Shown here piece by piece: positions 30,835 to 41,682 of a DNA stretch of 64,000 bases; positions within the stretch are counted from its first letter, which is position 1; every line of letters begins with the position of its first letter. The stretch covers positions 1 through 64,000 of the forward strand of contig CAVVYZ010000002.1 of assembly GCA_963752595.1 (NCBI GenBank), in the 5' to 3' direction. The notes beneath the pieces were generated by a model. The model had not been told where the DNA came from, ran no database searches, and saw only the letters and a program-made list of their open reading frames with translations. Made by a program: the position numbers and the translations under genes. The stretch is from an uncultured delta proteobacterium. Its GTDB lineage: Bacteria; Desulfobacterota; Desulfomonilia; UBA1062.

Positions 30835-33645
30835 ATGAAGCATGCATGCAGGACCCTGGATGGGAAAAACCGCAGCGTCTTGAAGAGCGTCCTCTTTCTC
30901 CTCGTTCTGCTTTTCTCTGCCCGCTATCCGGCCTATGCGATCGGACCGGCCATACTCGATCGGAATACCGGCGAGATGAGGCTGGGCAACCATCTTGAAA
31001 TTTTCGAAGATCATTCCGGCAGACATACCATTGATACGGTCAGCTCGGGGGAGTCTGACAGACTTTTTGTCCCCTCCCATGCTGTGGTCCCGGCGTTCGG
31101 ATTTACCCGGTCAACGGTTTGGCTCAGATTCTCGGTCGATAATAAGAACCTGGATGCAGGAGCATATTATCTCGAAATCCAGAATCCCATCCTCGACGAA
31201 GTGGATTTCTATATCCCGGAAAAAGGAGGCTTCTCGTTCAAACGCGCAGGCGATCATACCCTGTTTTCTTCCCGGGAAATCAAATATCGCACGATCGTGC
31301 TGCCTGTGACGATCCCGCCCGGAGCCCGCACGTACTATGTCAGGGTGCATACTTCGAGCTATATGAACCTGCCGTTGACACTCTGGACCCCTGCAGCCTT
31401 CTTCGACCATGCAAGCAAGGAGCTGCCCCTTTTATGGATGTTCTACGGGCTCATGCTCATCATGGCCGTCTACAACTGTTTCATATATTTTTCGTCCCGG
31501 GATATCAGCTACCTGTACTATTCCTTGTTCATCCTGTCCTTCGTCCTCTTCCACCTCGCATATAACGGGTTTGCAGGCCAGTATCTCTGGGAGGATTTCG
31601 TCTGGTGGACGGACGTGAGCATCCCGGTCTTTCTCGCCATGGTCGCTGCCTCTTTCATTATGTTCAGCCGTTCTTTCCTGAATACCGTACGGTATTACCC
31701 TGTCCTCGACAGGATTCTTCTGGGAAACAGCATCCTGTTTGCACTGATCATGATCCTCACGCCGGTGATCGATTATCAGCTTGCCGTCAAGGTGCTCAAC
31801 GGACTGTGCCTGATCTTTCTTCCCATCTTGATGATCGCCGGGATTCTCTCTCTGCGGAGAGGGAGCAGGGAAGCTATTTTCTACATCCTTGCATGGACCG
31901 TCTTTATTATCGGGACCATGCTGCACATACTCAAAAACTTCGGCGTGCTGCCGGAGACGTTCATCACCACCTGGTCCCAGCAGTTCGGTGCGGTACTTCA
32001 GGCCATGCTCCTCTCTCTGGGACTTGCAGACCGGATAAATACCATGAGGAAGCAGATCGCCGAGTCTCACAACAAGCTCATCGAAACCAATACCCGTCTC
32101 GACGAAGAGCGTGAGCTTCTCTTCGTTACCCTGAAATGCATTGCGGACGGGGTGATCAGCACGAACCTCCAGGGCAAAATATTCCTGATGAACGCCGCAG
32201 CAGAGCAGATCACGGGATACGCCGTAAGCCAGGCCGTCAGCAGGGACATCAGGGATGTTTTCAATCCGGTGAGCTGTACAGGGTCCATGCCCGATGTCAT
32301 GAGGCTGATTCTCGAAAACAAGGGAGATGTCGACCTCTCCCGGGAAGATCTCATGATCCTCGACGGCGATATCATGCGCAATATCTCCTGCAACTGCTCT
32401 CCCATCATGAACGCCGACAGCGAGATCGTAGGCATTGTCATTGTCTTTTGCGACATCACCCAGAAGCGCAAATACGAGGAAGAGATCATCAGGTCTTCGA
32501 AGCTCGACGCCATCAGCACCCTTGCGGGGGGCATCGCCCATGATTTCAACAACGTGCTTACCGCAATCGTAGGAAATGTATCGCTTGCGAAGCTTAAAAC
32601 CGAAGATCCCGAGTTTGTCTCCGGAATCCTTACGGATACGGAATCGGCAGCATACCGGGCAAAGGACCTCACCCAGCAGCTCCTGACATTCTCCAAGGGC
32701 GGCGCACCCATAAAGGCCGTCTCGAACATCAAGGACCTTCTCAGAGAGGTAGTGTATTTCCACCTGAGCGGCTCCAATGTCAAGGTGGAGACCGATATCG
32801 AAGAAGATCTCTGGAATGCCTCCATAGATGAAGGCCAGATGAGCCAGGTCATCGGCAACATCGTGATCAATGCAAAGCAGGCCATGCCTGAAGGCGGAAG
32901 GATCTGGGTTACGGCAATGAATATCGTTGTGGCCTCGGATGACGGGATACGCGTTCCGGAAGGGCAATACTTGCGGATTTCCATACGTGATGAGGGATGC
33001 GGCATACCCCCCGAACACCTGGGCAGGATCTTCGATCCTTTCTATACGACCAAGCCGGAGGGAAACGGGCTGGGCCTTGCCAGCTCCATCTCGGTCATCA
33101 AGAATCACGACGGGAACGTAGAAGTCCTGTCGAGCCCGGGACAAGGAGCGGAATTCATTATCTACCTGCCTGCCACCGAAGAGAAGCCCCAGGAAGTATC
33201 CGGGCAGGAAGCTTTGATTGCACGGGGCAGCGGCCGTATCCTGTTCATGGATGATGAGGACTTTATCCTCAAATCCATCAGCGGCCTCATCAGGGCATTC
33301 GGATACGAGGTGGATTGCATCCATAACGGCTTCGAAGCAGTTATGGCATACCGGAATGCCATGGTTGCCGGCCGGCCGTACGACCTCGTCATCACCGATC
33401 TTACCATACCCGGCTCCATGGGCGGCAAGGACACTGCAGAGAAACTGATCGAGATGGATCCGAAGGTAAAGGTCATTGCAACGAGCGGCTACTCCAACGA
33501 CCCCATCATGTCCAGTTACCGGGCGTACGGTTTCCAGGATATCATCATAAAACCCTACTCGCTGAAGACGCTCTCAACGGTGATCGCAAGGGTTTTGGCT
33601 GCCGGAAGGATATTACAGGCCTCTGCCGCGGATTCAACTGCCTGA
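30835..33645 (+). CDS. 7TM-DISM sensor hybrid histidine kinase (extracellular domain, 7TM, PAS, HisKA, HATPase, receiver)
   Basis: FGFTRSTVWLRF; seven hydrophobic segments ending LSLGLADRI; GGIAHDFNN, NAKQAM, DEGCGI, PFYTTK..GNGLGL, ILFMDDE and ITDLTIPG motifs; start could be 30787. Confidence 0.9.
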   Translation: MKHACRTLDGKNRSVLKSVLFLLVLLFSARYPAYAIGPAILDRNTGEMRLGNHLEIFEDHSGRHTIDTVSSGESDRLFVPSHAVVPAFGFTRSTVWLRFSVDNKNLDAGAYYLEIQNPILDEVDFYIPEKGGFSFKRAGDHTLFSSREIKYRTIVLPVTIPPGARTYYVRVHTSSYMNLPLTLWTPAAFFDHASKELPLLWMFYGLMLIMAVYNCFIYFSSRDISYLYYSLFILSFVLFHLAYNGFAGQYLWEDFVWWTDVSIPVFLAMVAASFIMFSRSFLNTVRYYPVLDRILLGNSILFALIMILTPVIDYQLAVKVLNGLCLIFLPILMIAGILSLRRGSREAIFYILAWTVFIIGTMLHILKNFGVLPETFITTWSQQFGAVLQAMLLSLGLADRINTMRKQIAESHNKLIETNTRLDEERELLFVTLKCIADGVISTNLQGKIFLMNAAAEQITGYAVSQAVSRDIRDVFNPVSCTGSMPDVMRLILENKGDVDLSREDLMILDGDIMRNISCNCSPIMNADSEIVGIVIVFCDITQKRKYEEEIIRSSKLDAISTLAGGIAHDFNNVLTAIVGNVSLAKLKTEDPEFVSGILTDTESAAYRAKDLTQQLLTFSKGGAPIKAVSNIKDLLREVVYFHLSGSNVKVETDIEEDLWNASIDEGQMSQVIGNIVINAKQAMPEGGRIWVTAMNIVVASDDGIRVPEGQYLRISIRDEGCGIPPEHLGRIFDPFYTTKPEGNGLGLASSISVIKNHDGNVEVLSSPGQGAEFIIYLPATEEKPQEVSGQEALIARGSGRILFMDDEDFILKSISGLIRAFGYEVDCIHNGFEAVMAYRNAMVAGRPYDLVITDLTIPGSMGGKDTAEKLIEMDPKVKVIATSGYSNDPIMSSYRAYGFQDIIIKPYSLKTLSTVIARVLAAGRILQASAADSTA

Positions 33646-33972
33646 CAAGTCCGCACAAGCACTAACCTTCGCAATCCAGCCGAATAATCACACCTGATAT
33701 GCATCACTGCTCCGAGGTCTCGCCCGTAGAGGATCAGTCATACAGCATTGCTTCTGCGTGTATTCCGGAAGCCGGAAGGTCATGATTGCAGAATAACTCA
33801 TATCCGAACTTGAAATTCTCAAGGGCATGATGTACGAAGAAAATGTAAATTAAATGTAAAAAAAAGTTTAAAGAAATTTAAATCTGCTTATCATGGAATG
33901 TATGATTGCACGGGAGTCGTTCTGATGAAAATGCCATTGCGCCGTGACGGCGATAGCGAGGGGGAAGAATCA

Positions 33973-36900
33973 ATGCGCGGGAGTATTCTCGGAATCGATA
34001 TCGGGTCCGTTTCCATCAGCGTTGTTGCGTTGAGGCCGGATAAAGGTGTTATTCGGACGGATTATCGCCTTCACCAGGGCAGGATCCGGGAAACGCTAGG
34101 CGAGATGCTCAAGGGGTTTGCTCTGCATGAAATTGCATCCATAGCCGCAACTGCCTCCACGCCAGGTTATATAAATGCTGCAAAGCGCTACGATAACCAG
34201 GTTGCCGTGATGAGCACCGCCCGGCATCTTCATGGCTCCGTGAGGTCGATTCTCAATGTGGGCGCGGAGAAATTCTCCCTGATCCTGTTCGATGAAAACG
34301 GGAACTACCACGCAGGCAAAACAAACACCTCCTGCGCCGCGGGCACCGGCAGCTTCCTCGACCAGCAGGCCCTGCGGCTCAATTTCAAAAACATCGGCGA
34401 CTTGAGCCTTGCCGCACTCCGGAACCTGAGGGATATCCCGAAGATCGCCTCGAGGTGCGCCGTCTTTGCCAAGACCGATCTCATCCATGCCCAGCAGGAA
34501 GGGTACTCCCTGGAAGAGATCTGCGATGGGCTCTGCCACGGCCTGGCTAGAAACATCGTGGACACGCTCTTCACCGGGGCCGACGTCAAAGGCACGATTA
34601 TCTTCTGCGGGGGCGTATCGAAAAACTGCGCAGTCAAAAAGCATATCGGAGCCCTGACAAGGGCAGAACTCACGGTTGATGATTTCTCCCCGGTCTACGG
34701 AGCTATGGGCGCGGCTTTACGGCTTCTCGAAGAAGGCTCATATCCGGAGATTTCCCTCACGCAGCCCGAAGACATTATCATAGCCCTCGAGCAGAAAAGA
34801 TCGTATGCCTTTGCAGGCCTCGACCTCAGGCAGTCTCAGTATCCGGATTTCTCCGGCGGGCAGCGGTATGTATACCGCATCGGATCAAGGACTGTCCCGG
34901 AGATCGTTGAGGTCGATGTGTACGATCCCTTGCCCGGCGGAGGACCCATTTATGCATTTTTCGGCGTGGATATCGGCTCCACGAGCACGAAGGCCGTTCT
35001 CACGGACAGCAGAAAAAATGTGCTCGCAGGGCTTTACACCAGGACCGCAGGTAGGCCCGTTGACGCCATGTGCGCGATTCTTGAAGCGCTCGACGACCTC
35101 GCGGCCCGCAAGCACCTCGATATTACCTTCCTGGGGTCAGGGACAACCGGTTCGGGCAGGAAGCTCATGGGCGGGATCATAGGTGCGGATCTGGTCATCG
35201 ATGAGATATCGGCACATGCGAGGGCGGCATATGAACTGAGCCCCGACGTGGATACGATCATCGAGATAGGCGGGCAGGATTCAAAGTTTACCACGCTGAA
35301 AAAAGGTATGGTGAACTTCTCGGTTATGAATACGGTCTGCGCTGCAGGCACGGGAAGTTTCATCGAGGAGCAGGCCCGGAAGATGGGCTGCCCGTTGAGC
35401 GAATACTCTCAACGGACCATGGGCATGCAGGCCCCGGCCTCCAGCAACCGGTGTACCGTATTCATGGAGCGGGACATGAGCTACCACCTTTCCGAGGGAT
35501 TTTCCGCTAATGAGGTGCTCGCTTCAGCCCTGCATTCGGTATGCGAAAACTATCTCACCAAGGTGGCGATCGAGAGCATGATCGGGGAAAAGATACTCTT
35601 CCAGGGCGCCACCGCAAAGAACAAGGCCCTTGTTGCGGCATTCGAGCAGCGCCTGAAAAAGCCCGTCACGGTCTCCAGGTTCTGCCATCTCACCGGAGCC
35701 CTGGGCGTTGCCCTCATGCTCGCAGATGAAAACGTGAAGGAGACGAAGTTCCACGGCCTTGGCCTCTACAAAAAACACATCCCGGTGCGGTCTGAGGTAT
35801 GCGGGATCTGTCCGAATCACTGCAAGCTCACCATTGCTTCCATTGAGGAAAAGAGCCTGGCCTATGGCTTCCTGTGCGGGAGAGACTACGAGACAAAAGG
35901 ATACGTGGACAACAACAGGTCAGGGTTCGACCTGCTCAAAGCAAGGGGAAAGGCGGCTTCCTTCCCAAAGGCCGAAACATGGTTGGAAGGGATCACCATC
36001 GGCATCCCTGCAGCGCTCCATCTCTATGAAGACCTGGAATTCTGGCAGTATTTCTTTAACAAGCTTTCCATCAGGACAGTTACGAGTGCAGCGTACCGGG
36101 ATGCCCTCAAAGAGGGACGGAACATTGCCGGCGCGGATTTTTGCGCACCGCTGACAGCCCTGCACGGTCATGTCCGGCATCTCATGGACCGGTGCGATTA
36201 CGTCTTCGCCCCGGTCTACCTCGAAGACAGGCAAAAGGAGAGGCATGTCCGCAGCCAATATTGCTATTATACGCAATACGCCCCGTCACTCGTGTCCGAA
36301 CCCGGGAAGCCTGAAGGGGAAAAAGTCCTCATGCCGCTCATCCAATATCTCTACAATCGTCTCCATACAAAGTACCAGCTGTACCACATACTCCGGAGGA
36401 TCACGGCAGATTCCGTGTCGTTTCTCGAAGTTTCCCAGGCCTATGACAAGGCATTGACCTACCGGGATGCAGCCCGGAAATCTATGCAGGACCTCTGTGC
36501 AAGGGAGATGGAAAACACCGAAGGTATCCAGGTCATGCTCCTTGGCAGGCCGTATACGGTGCTCAGCCCTTCCATGAACAAAGGGATCATAGATATCTTC
36601 GCATCAAAGGGCGTCAAGGTATTTTTCCAGGACATGCTCGATCCGGACGAGGATCTGCACGGCTTCGTGAAGCAGCTTGCCGACGATCTGCCCTGGAAGT
36701 ACGCATCGACCATACTCCGGAGCACCCAGTCCGTAGCGAAGAAAAAGGGCGTCTATCCTGTCCTCGTCACCTCGTTCCGCTGCTCGCCTGACTCGCTGGT
36801 GATGGAATATTTCAAGAAGCTCATGAATTCCCTTAACAAGCCCTACCTGATCCTCCAGCTCGATGAGCACGACTCGAGCGTGGGGTACGAGACCAGGATC

Positions 36901-38211
36901 GAGGCAGCCATCAGGTCGTTCACGAACCATTACGGGGAAGGCCTGCCCAAATCCCCTGATGTATTCACCGGCAGGATCCCCAGGAAGCTTCTTTCGGACA
37001 GGACACTCCTGATGCCCGACTGGGATCGTTTCTCATGCAGCCTCATTGCTGCGTCTCTCAGGGCGGAAGGCATGGATGCAAGGCTCCTCGAAGATACCCG
37101 GAGCGGGATACAGGAAGTGATGAGGCACAATTCCGGACAGTGCATCCCCATCAACATCATTGCCCAGGAGACGATCGATTACATAAAGAAATACCGTCTC
37201 GATCCGGCAAAATGCATGGTATGGATCGGCGGAGGCGAGATCGCCTGCAACCTGAAAGTCATTCCCCATCACATCAGGAATATCCTGGATGCATATGGGT
37301 CCGGCATGGAAAAGGTCGAGATCTACCAGGGCGAGGTCTTGTTCCTGGACATATCCGTCCGGGCCGCGATGGATGCATATTTTTCATTCATGTTCGGGGG
37401 CATGCTCCGGAAGATCGGCTGCAGGATGAGGCCCTACGAGAGAGAAGAAGGCTCGGTCGACAAAGCCCTGGACAAATGCTTGAGCCTTTTCATCGATGCA
37501 TTTTCAGGGGGCGGGTCCAAGGAGGATGCCCTGGTCAAGGCCGTGGACCTCCTGAAAAGGATTCCCTTGTCTCAGGAATACAGGCCCAAGGTAGCCATCT
37601 TCGGAGATCTCTATGTGAGAGACAATGATGCCGCAAATCAGGACCTCATCCGGTATATCGAAAAGTGCGGGGCAGAGGTCATTACCACGCCGTACAGCAC
37701 CTATGCCAAGATGATTGCGAGCCCGTATTTCAAAAAATGGATCAAGGAGGGCAAATACCTTCATACCCTCTCTGCCGGTGCGATGTTCATGGCAATGACT
37801 GCTCTGGAAAAGAGGTATGAACGTCACTTCCAGAGCCTGCTGGGCGAGCATGGGCAAGAGTTCAACGATTCTCAGGCAGAAATCCTGGCGCAGTATAACC
37901 TCCTTCCCGAACATACCGGTGAATCGATGGATAACATATTGAAGATCCACTACATCAAAAAACACTATCCGGATGTATCGCTTTTTGTCCATACCAGCCC
38001 GGCGTTCTGCTGCCCGGCCCTGATTACCGAGGCCATGGCCGGGCGGATAGAGGAAGTTACCGGTGTGCCGGTGGTATGCGTAACATATGACGGCACCTTC
38101 GGAGACAAGAATGCCGCCGTCATCCCCTATCTCGCCTTTCCGAAGGAGCGATGGCCGGACAATTCTGCAAAGGATCGTCGACACTCCATCACCATGAGGA
38201 CCTTTTTTTAA
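33973..38211 (+). CDS. Large acyl-CoA dehydratase activase-related protein (two BcrAD/BadFG ATPase domains, DUF2229-like and dehydratase-like domains)
   Basis: GIDIGS and GVDIGSTSTK; two CAAGTGSF; RCAVFAKTD and RCTVFMERD; GIPAALH, LLGRPY, DEH...GYETRIEA and PAFCCP. Confidence 0.88.
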   Translation: MRGSILGIDIGSVSISVVALRPDKGVIRTDYRLHQGRIRETLGEMLKGFALHEIASIAATASTPGYINAAKRYDNQVAVMSTARHLHGSVRSILNVGAEKFSLILFDENGNYHAGKTNTSCAAGTGSFLDQQALRLNFKNIGDLSLAALRNLRDIPKIASRCAVFAKTDLIHAQQEGYSLEEICDGLCHGLARNIVDTLFTGADVKGTIIFCGGVSKNCAVKKHIGALTRAELTVDDFSPVYGAMGAALRLLEEGSYPEISLTQPEDIIIALEQKRSYAFAGLDLRQSQYPDFSGGQRYVYRIGSRTVPEIVEVDVYDPLPGGGPIYAFFGVDIGSTSTKAVLTDSRKNVLAGLYTRTAGRPVDAMCAILEALDDLAARKHLDITFLGSGTTGSGRKLMGGIIGADLVIDEISAHARAAYELSPDVDTIIEIGGQDSKFTTLKKGMVNFSVMNTVCAAGTGSFIEEQARKMGCPLSEYSQRTMGMQAPASSNRCTVFMERDMSYHLSEGFSANEVLASALHSVCENYLTKVAIESMIGEKILFQGATAKNKALVAAFEQRLKKPVTVSRFCHLTGALGVALMLADENVKETKFHGLGLYKKHIPVRSEVCGICPNHCKLTIASIEEKSLAYGFLCGRDYETKGYVDNNRSGFDLLKARGKAASFPKAETWLEGITIGIPAALHLYEDLEFWQYFFNKLSIRTVTSAAYRDALKEGRNIAGADFCAPLTALHGHVRHLMDRCDYVFAPVYLEDRQKERHVRSQYCYYTQYAPSLVSEPGKPEGEKVLMPLIQYLYNRLHTKYQLYHILRRITADSVSFLEVSQAYDKALTYRDAARKSMQDLCAREMENTEGIQVMLLGRPYTVLSPSMNKGIIDIFASKGVKVFFQDMLDPDEDLHGFVKQLADDLPWKYASTILRSTQSVAKKKGVYPVLVTSFRCSPDSLVMEYFKKLMNSLNKPYLILQLDEHDSSVGYETRIEAAIRSFTNHYGEGLPKSPDVFTGRIPRKLLSDRTLLMPDWDRFSCSLIAASLRAEGMDARLLEDTRSGIQEVMRHNSGQCIPINIIAQETIDYIKKYRLDPAKCMVWIGGGEIACNLKVIPHHIRNILDAYGSGMEKVEIYQGEVLFLDISVRAAMDAYFSFMFGGMLRKIGCRMRPYEREEGSVDKALDKCLSLFIDAFSGGGSKEDALVKAVDLLKRIPLSQEYRPKVAIFGDLYVRDNDAANQDLIRYIEKCGAEVITTPYSTYAKMIASPYFKKWIKEGKYLHTLSAGAMFMAMTALEKRYERHFQSLLGEHGQEFNDSQAEILAQYNLLPEHTGESMDNILKIHYIKKHYPDVSLFVHTSPAFCCPALITEAMAGRIEEVTGVPVVCVTYDGTFGDKNAAVIPYLAFPKERWPDNSAKDRRHSITMRTFF

Positions 38212-38225
38212 ATGATTATCCAGCC

Positions 38226-38253
38226 TTGGATTTTTATATTTTAATGGTATAAT
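38226..38253 (+). promoter_or_regulatory. Sigma70-type promoter candidate with extended -10
   Basis: TTGGAT (38226-38231), 16-nt spacer, TGG-TATAAT (TATAAT at 38248-38253). Confidence 0.5.
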
Positions 38254-38293
38254 TTGATTAGATACCTTAACTTTTCCTGTGAAGGGAGGTGGC

Positions 38294-39277
38294 ATGAAAC
38301 AGGTCGTCCTATCCTTGGCCCCGCTTCCTGCCGAACTGGTGAAAGCCCTGATCCTGCAGACGGTAGGCGTCCCGGATTTCGATGTCGTGTCCGGGCATGA
38401 GATGAGCAGGGAAGAGCTCACCGAGGCCCTGGCCGGGGCGGATGTCGTCCTGGGGGATTATACCTTCAAACAGGGGATCGTTGAAGCAGTTCTGGGCAGA
38501 GCCGGCTCGATTAAGCTCATCCAGCAGCCGAGCGTCGGCTACCAGCACATTGATATCAAGGCATGTTCCGCAAGGAGATTCAAGGTAGCCAATACGCCGG
38601 GTGCCAATACCACCAGCGTTGCCGAACATACGATAGCGTGGGGCTTGTGCCTCCTCAGGAATATCTTTGCCTCGCAGCAGAGTATGAAAGAGGGAAGGTG
38701 GGAGCAGATGTCCGTCAAGCCGGTGGAGCTTGCAGGCAAGATCTGGGGTCTGGCCGGGTTCGGGCAGATAGGAAAGGCAGTAGCAATGAGGCTGAAACCT
38801 TTCGGGCTCGGCAGGGTGGTCTACAGCGACATCGTTCGCGCCGATGCGGAGACCGAGGACCAGTACGGCGTGGAATACTGTTCGCTACCGGATCTATGGA
38901 AGCTCTCCGATATCATCAGCATCCATGTACCGCTCACCGACGCCACCAGGAACCTCATAGGAAAAAACGAGATCAATGCCATGAAGCCTTCCTCATACCT
39001 CATCAATGTTGCGCGGGGAGGGATCGTCGATGAAGAGGCACTTGCCGAAGCGCTTCGGAACGGGCGGATTGCCGGTGCCGCGGTCGATGTTTTTTCCGAA
39101 GAGCCCGTTTCTCCCACCAACCCCCTGCTCAGGATACCGGGAAACAAGGTGCTGCTCTCGCCCCATGTCGCAGGGGTATCGAACGAGGCAGCGGGCAGGA
39201 TCATCAATATGGCCACGAGCAACGTCGCAAAGGTTCTCAAGGGCGAAGAGCCGCTCTATATCATCAACCCGAGTTAA
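38294..39277 (+). CDS. D-2-hydroxyacid dehydrogenase family protein
   Basis: ANTPGAN..SVAEH, GFGQIG, HVPLT..TRNLI, INVARG.IVDE, DVF..EP and SPHVAG motifs; GGAGGT SD. Confidence 0.9.
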   Translation: MKQVVLSLAPLPAELVKALILQTVGVPDFDVVSGHEMSREELTEALAGADVVLGDYTFKQGIVEAVLGRAGSIKLIQQPSVGYQHIDIKACSARRFKVANTPGANTTSVAEHTIAWGLCLLRNIFASQQSMKEGRWEQMSVKPVELAGKIWGLAGFGQIGKAVAMRLKPFGLGRVVYSDIVRADAETEDQYGVEYCSLPDLWKLSDIISIHVPLTDATRNLIGKNEINAMKPSSYLINVARGGIVDEEALAEALRNGRIAGAAVDVFSEEPVSPTNPLLRIPGNKVLLSPHVAGVSNEAAGRIINMATSNVAKVLKGEEPLYIINPS

Positions 39278-39292
39278 TGAGAGGATGAGCCC

Positions 39293-40831
39293 ATGAATGG
39301 AGCCGAACTCCTGATCAGGACAGCCCTGGAACAAGGGATCGAGGTGTGTTTTGCAAATCCCGGCACCACCGAGATGCCGGTCGTCGAGGCATTGGATACC
39401 GTCCCGGGGATAAGGCCTGTCCTGGGTTTGTTCGAAGGGGTCTGCACCGGCGCAGCAGACGGCTACGGCCGCATGACCGGGAAGCCTGCCATGGTGCTGC
39501 TGCACCTGGGGCCGGGCCTCGCAAACGGGATCTCGAACCTCCATAACGCCCGCAGGGCCCGGACGCCCGTGTTCGTCGTGGTGGGCGAGCATGCCACCTG
39601 GCACAGGGGCTACGACCCGCCGCTTGCCATGGACATCGAAGCACTGGCAGGCACTTTCTCCGGCTGGTACAAGACGACTGCTGATGTGCGTGATATCAGG
39701 CAACACGCGGCAGAGGCCGTATCCATGAGCTTGTCAGGCCGGATTTCAACACTGATCCTTCCTTACGATCTTCAGCTCGACGAGGTGGATGGGAGCGATA
39801 GCGAGGCGGCTTCCGCCGATGTGAAACCCGTGGACGAAAAGTCAGTCGACAAGGCAGCAAGGATGCTTCAGGCAGGAAGCAAGACAGCCCTCGTGCTCGG
39901 GGGCAGAGCCCTGGGGCGGGAGGGGCTCATGAAAGCCGCCCGGATCAAAGCCGCCTGCGGATGCGACCTGATAGCCGAGACCTTCCCGGCATGCATGGAG
40001 CGGGGTGCAGGGCTGCCGGATGTTCCGAGGATCCCTTACCTGCCGGAGATGGCCATCGGCATGCTTAAGCCCTACAACGCCCTTATCTTCGCCGGAACCC
40101 GGAAGCCGGTTTCCTTTTTCGGCTATAAAAATGTACCGGGCAGCCTTCTGGATACAAGCCAGGAAACGTTCAGCATCGGGGAGGACGGTACGGATATCCT
40201 TGCCGTTCTGGAGTCCCTGGCCGATAGGCTCGGCGCTCCTTCTTCGCCTCCCCGTGAGCTTCTTGCAGAGGCCTCCGTCATGCCGCTTCCCCGAGGGCCC
40301 TTAAGCGGGGATAAGATCTGCACGGTGCTTGCCGCTCTCCAGCCTGAAGGCGCAATCGTCGTGGAGGAGGCAATTACCAACAGCCTGTTTTATCATCCGC
40401 TCTCGGCAGGGGCGAAGCCCTTTACCCTGCTTACGCTGACAGGCGGGTCTCTCGGTCAGGGACCGGCTTGTGCGGTAGGTGCCGCCATTGCATGCCCGGA
40501 AAGGCAGGTGATCAATTTCCAGGCTGACGGCGCCGCCCTGTATACCCTCCAGTCCCTATGGACCCAGGCAAAGGAAGGCTTGAACGTGATCACGCTGATC
40601 TGCTCGAACCGGAGCTACGATATCCTCAAGCTCGAGCTCACGAGGCTGGGCATCTTCCAGCCGGGTGTGGCCGCCTCAAGGCTCATGGACCTGTCCACCG
40701 TGAACTGGGTACGGGTAGCGGAAGGCATGGGCGTGCCTTCGGTCGCGGTGAGCACTGCTGAGGATCTTGGCCGGGAGCTTTCCCTGGCCTTGCAGGAAAA
40801 GGGGCCGAAGCTGATCGAGATAATTCTCTGA
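39293..40831 (+). CDS. ThDP-dependent enzyme (acetolactate synthase large subunit / decarboxylase-like)
   Basis: FANPGTTEMP, LFEGVCTGAADGY, LHLGPGLAN and ThDP-binding QADGAALY...SNRSY motifs. Confidence 0.88.
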   Translation: MNGAELLIRTALEQGIEVCFANPGTTEMPVVEALDTVPGIRPVLGLFEGVCTGAADGYGRMTGKPAMVLLHLGPGLANGISNLHNARRARTPVFVVVGEHATWHRGYDPPLAMDIEALAGTFSGWYKTTADVRDIRQHAAEAVSMSLSGRISTLILPYDLQLDEVDGSDSEAASADVKPVDEKSVDKAARMLQAGSKTALVLGGRALGREGLMKAARIKAACGCDLIAETFPACMERGAGLPDVPRIPYLPEMAIGMLKPYNALIFAGTRKPVSFFGYKNVPGSLLDTSQETFSIGEDGTDILAVLESLADRLGAPSSPPRELLAEASVMPLPRGPLSGDKICTVLAALQPEGAIVVEEAITNSLFYHPLSAGAKPFTLLTLTGGSLGQGPACAVGAAIACPERQVINFQADGAALYTLQSLWTQAKEGLNVITLICSNRSYDILKLELTRLGIFQPGVAASRLMDLSTVNWVRVAEGMGVPSVAVSTAEDLGRELSLALQEKGPKLIEIIL

Positions 40832-41061
40832 TTGCCCAAAAGAGGTGCCTTATGTAGGGCCTTTGGATGGTAAGCAGATCCCTGCATGCAATCCGTGCAG
40901 GAATATCGGGATAAGCTGTATTGTTTTATGATGCTGCCCCACTATTATAAACCTCAGACACCTTCCTCGGATGAATCACAGTACTCTATGCCAAGAACGT
41001 CCTGTAGATCCCGTTGAAGCAAAAACAAAGTCTCATCTCTGCAAAAAAATGGAGGCAGTAC

Positions 41062-41367
41062 ATGAACATTTATGTAGGAAACTTGTCATATGAAGTTACC
41101 GATGATGATCTGCTCAAGTCTTTCAAGGCATTCGGTGATGTGACATCGGCGAATGTGGTCATGGATAGATCGACCGGTTCTCCACGCGGGTTCGGATTCG
41201 TTGAAATGTCTTCCAAGGAATCCGCCCTGGCAGCCATTTCGGGATTAAACGGGACCATGCTGAAAGGACGGTCTATTAATGTGAACGAGGCCCGCCCCCG
41301 TCAGAACAGCTTCAGCAGCAGGGGAGGGAGCGGAAGATTCGGCGGTGGCGGCGGAAGGCGTTATTAG
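41062..41367 (+). CDS. RRM-domain RNA-binding protein with Gly-rich tail
   Basis: RNP2 IYVGNL, RNP1 RGFGFVEM, VNEARPR; GGAGG SD. Confidence 0.93.
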   Translation: MNIYVGNLSYEVTDDDLLKSFKAFGDVTSANVVMDRSTGSPRGFGFVEMSSKESALAAISGLNGTMLKGRSINVNEARPRQNSFSSRGGSGRFGGGGGRRY

Positions 41368-41682
41368 CCTCCCAAGGCCTCATACAATCTCACCGGTACC
41401 CGTTCCTACGGGTACTGCATCCTTACGGATCATCTTTTCCAGTAAGGGCTGGAAGAGGAAGCTCAGGACATCCTTGATCCGCACCCGATATGCATTGCTG
41501 CCCGGTTCCATACTGAGAATCCGGGATTGAAAGTCTCCGGCGCCGGGATGGTTTATCGCCAGAATGCTGTTTTTGTAATTATGTGGATCTTTTAGGAAAA
41601 AAATATTGACTAATCCCGAATGCTCTGGCAATTAATTTAACAGTCGTTAAGGTGTCATCCATATCCGGAAAAAAGGCAAGAT

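Noticed and set aside
31432-33324. 630-aa antisense ORF (and similar ones at 12852..14033, 41725..42627 and 61571..62773)
   Set aside because: Shadow frames opposite well-supported genes, with no motifs of their own; expected with GC-biased codon usage
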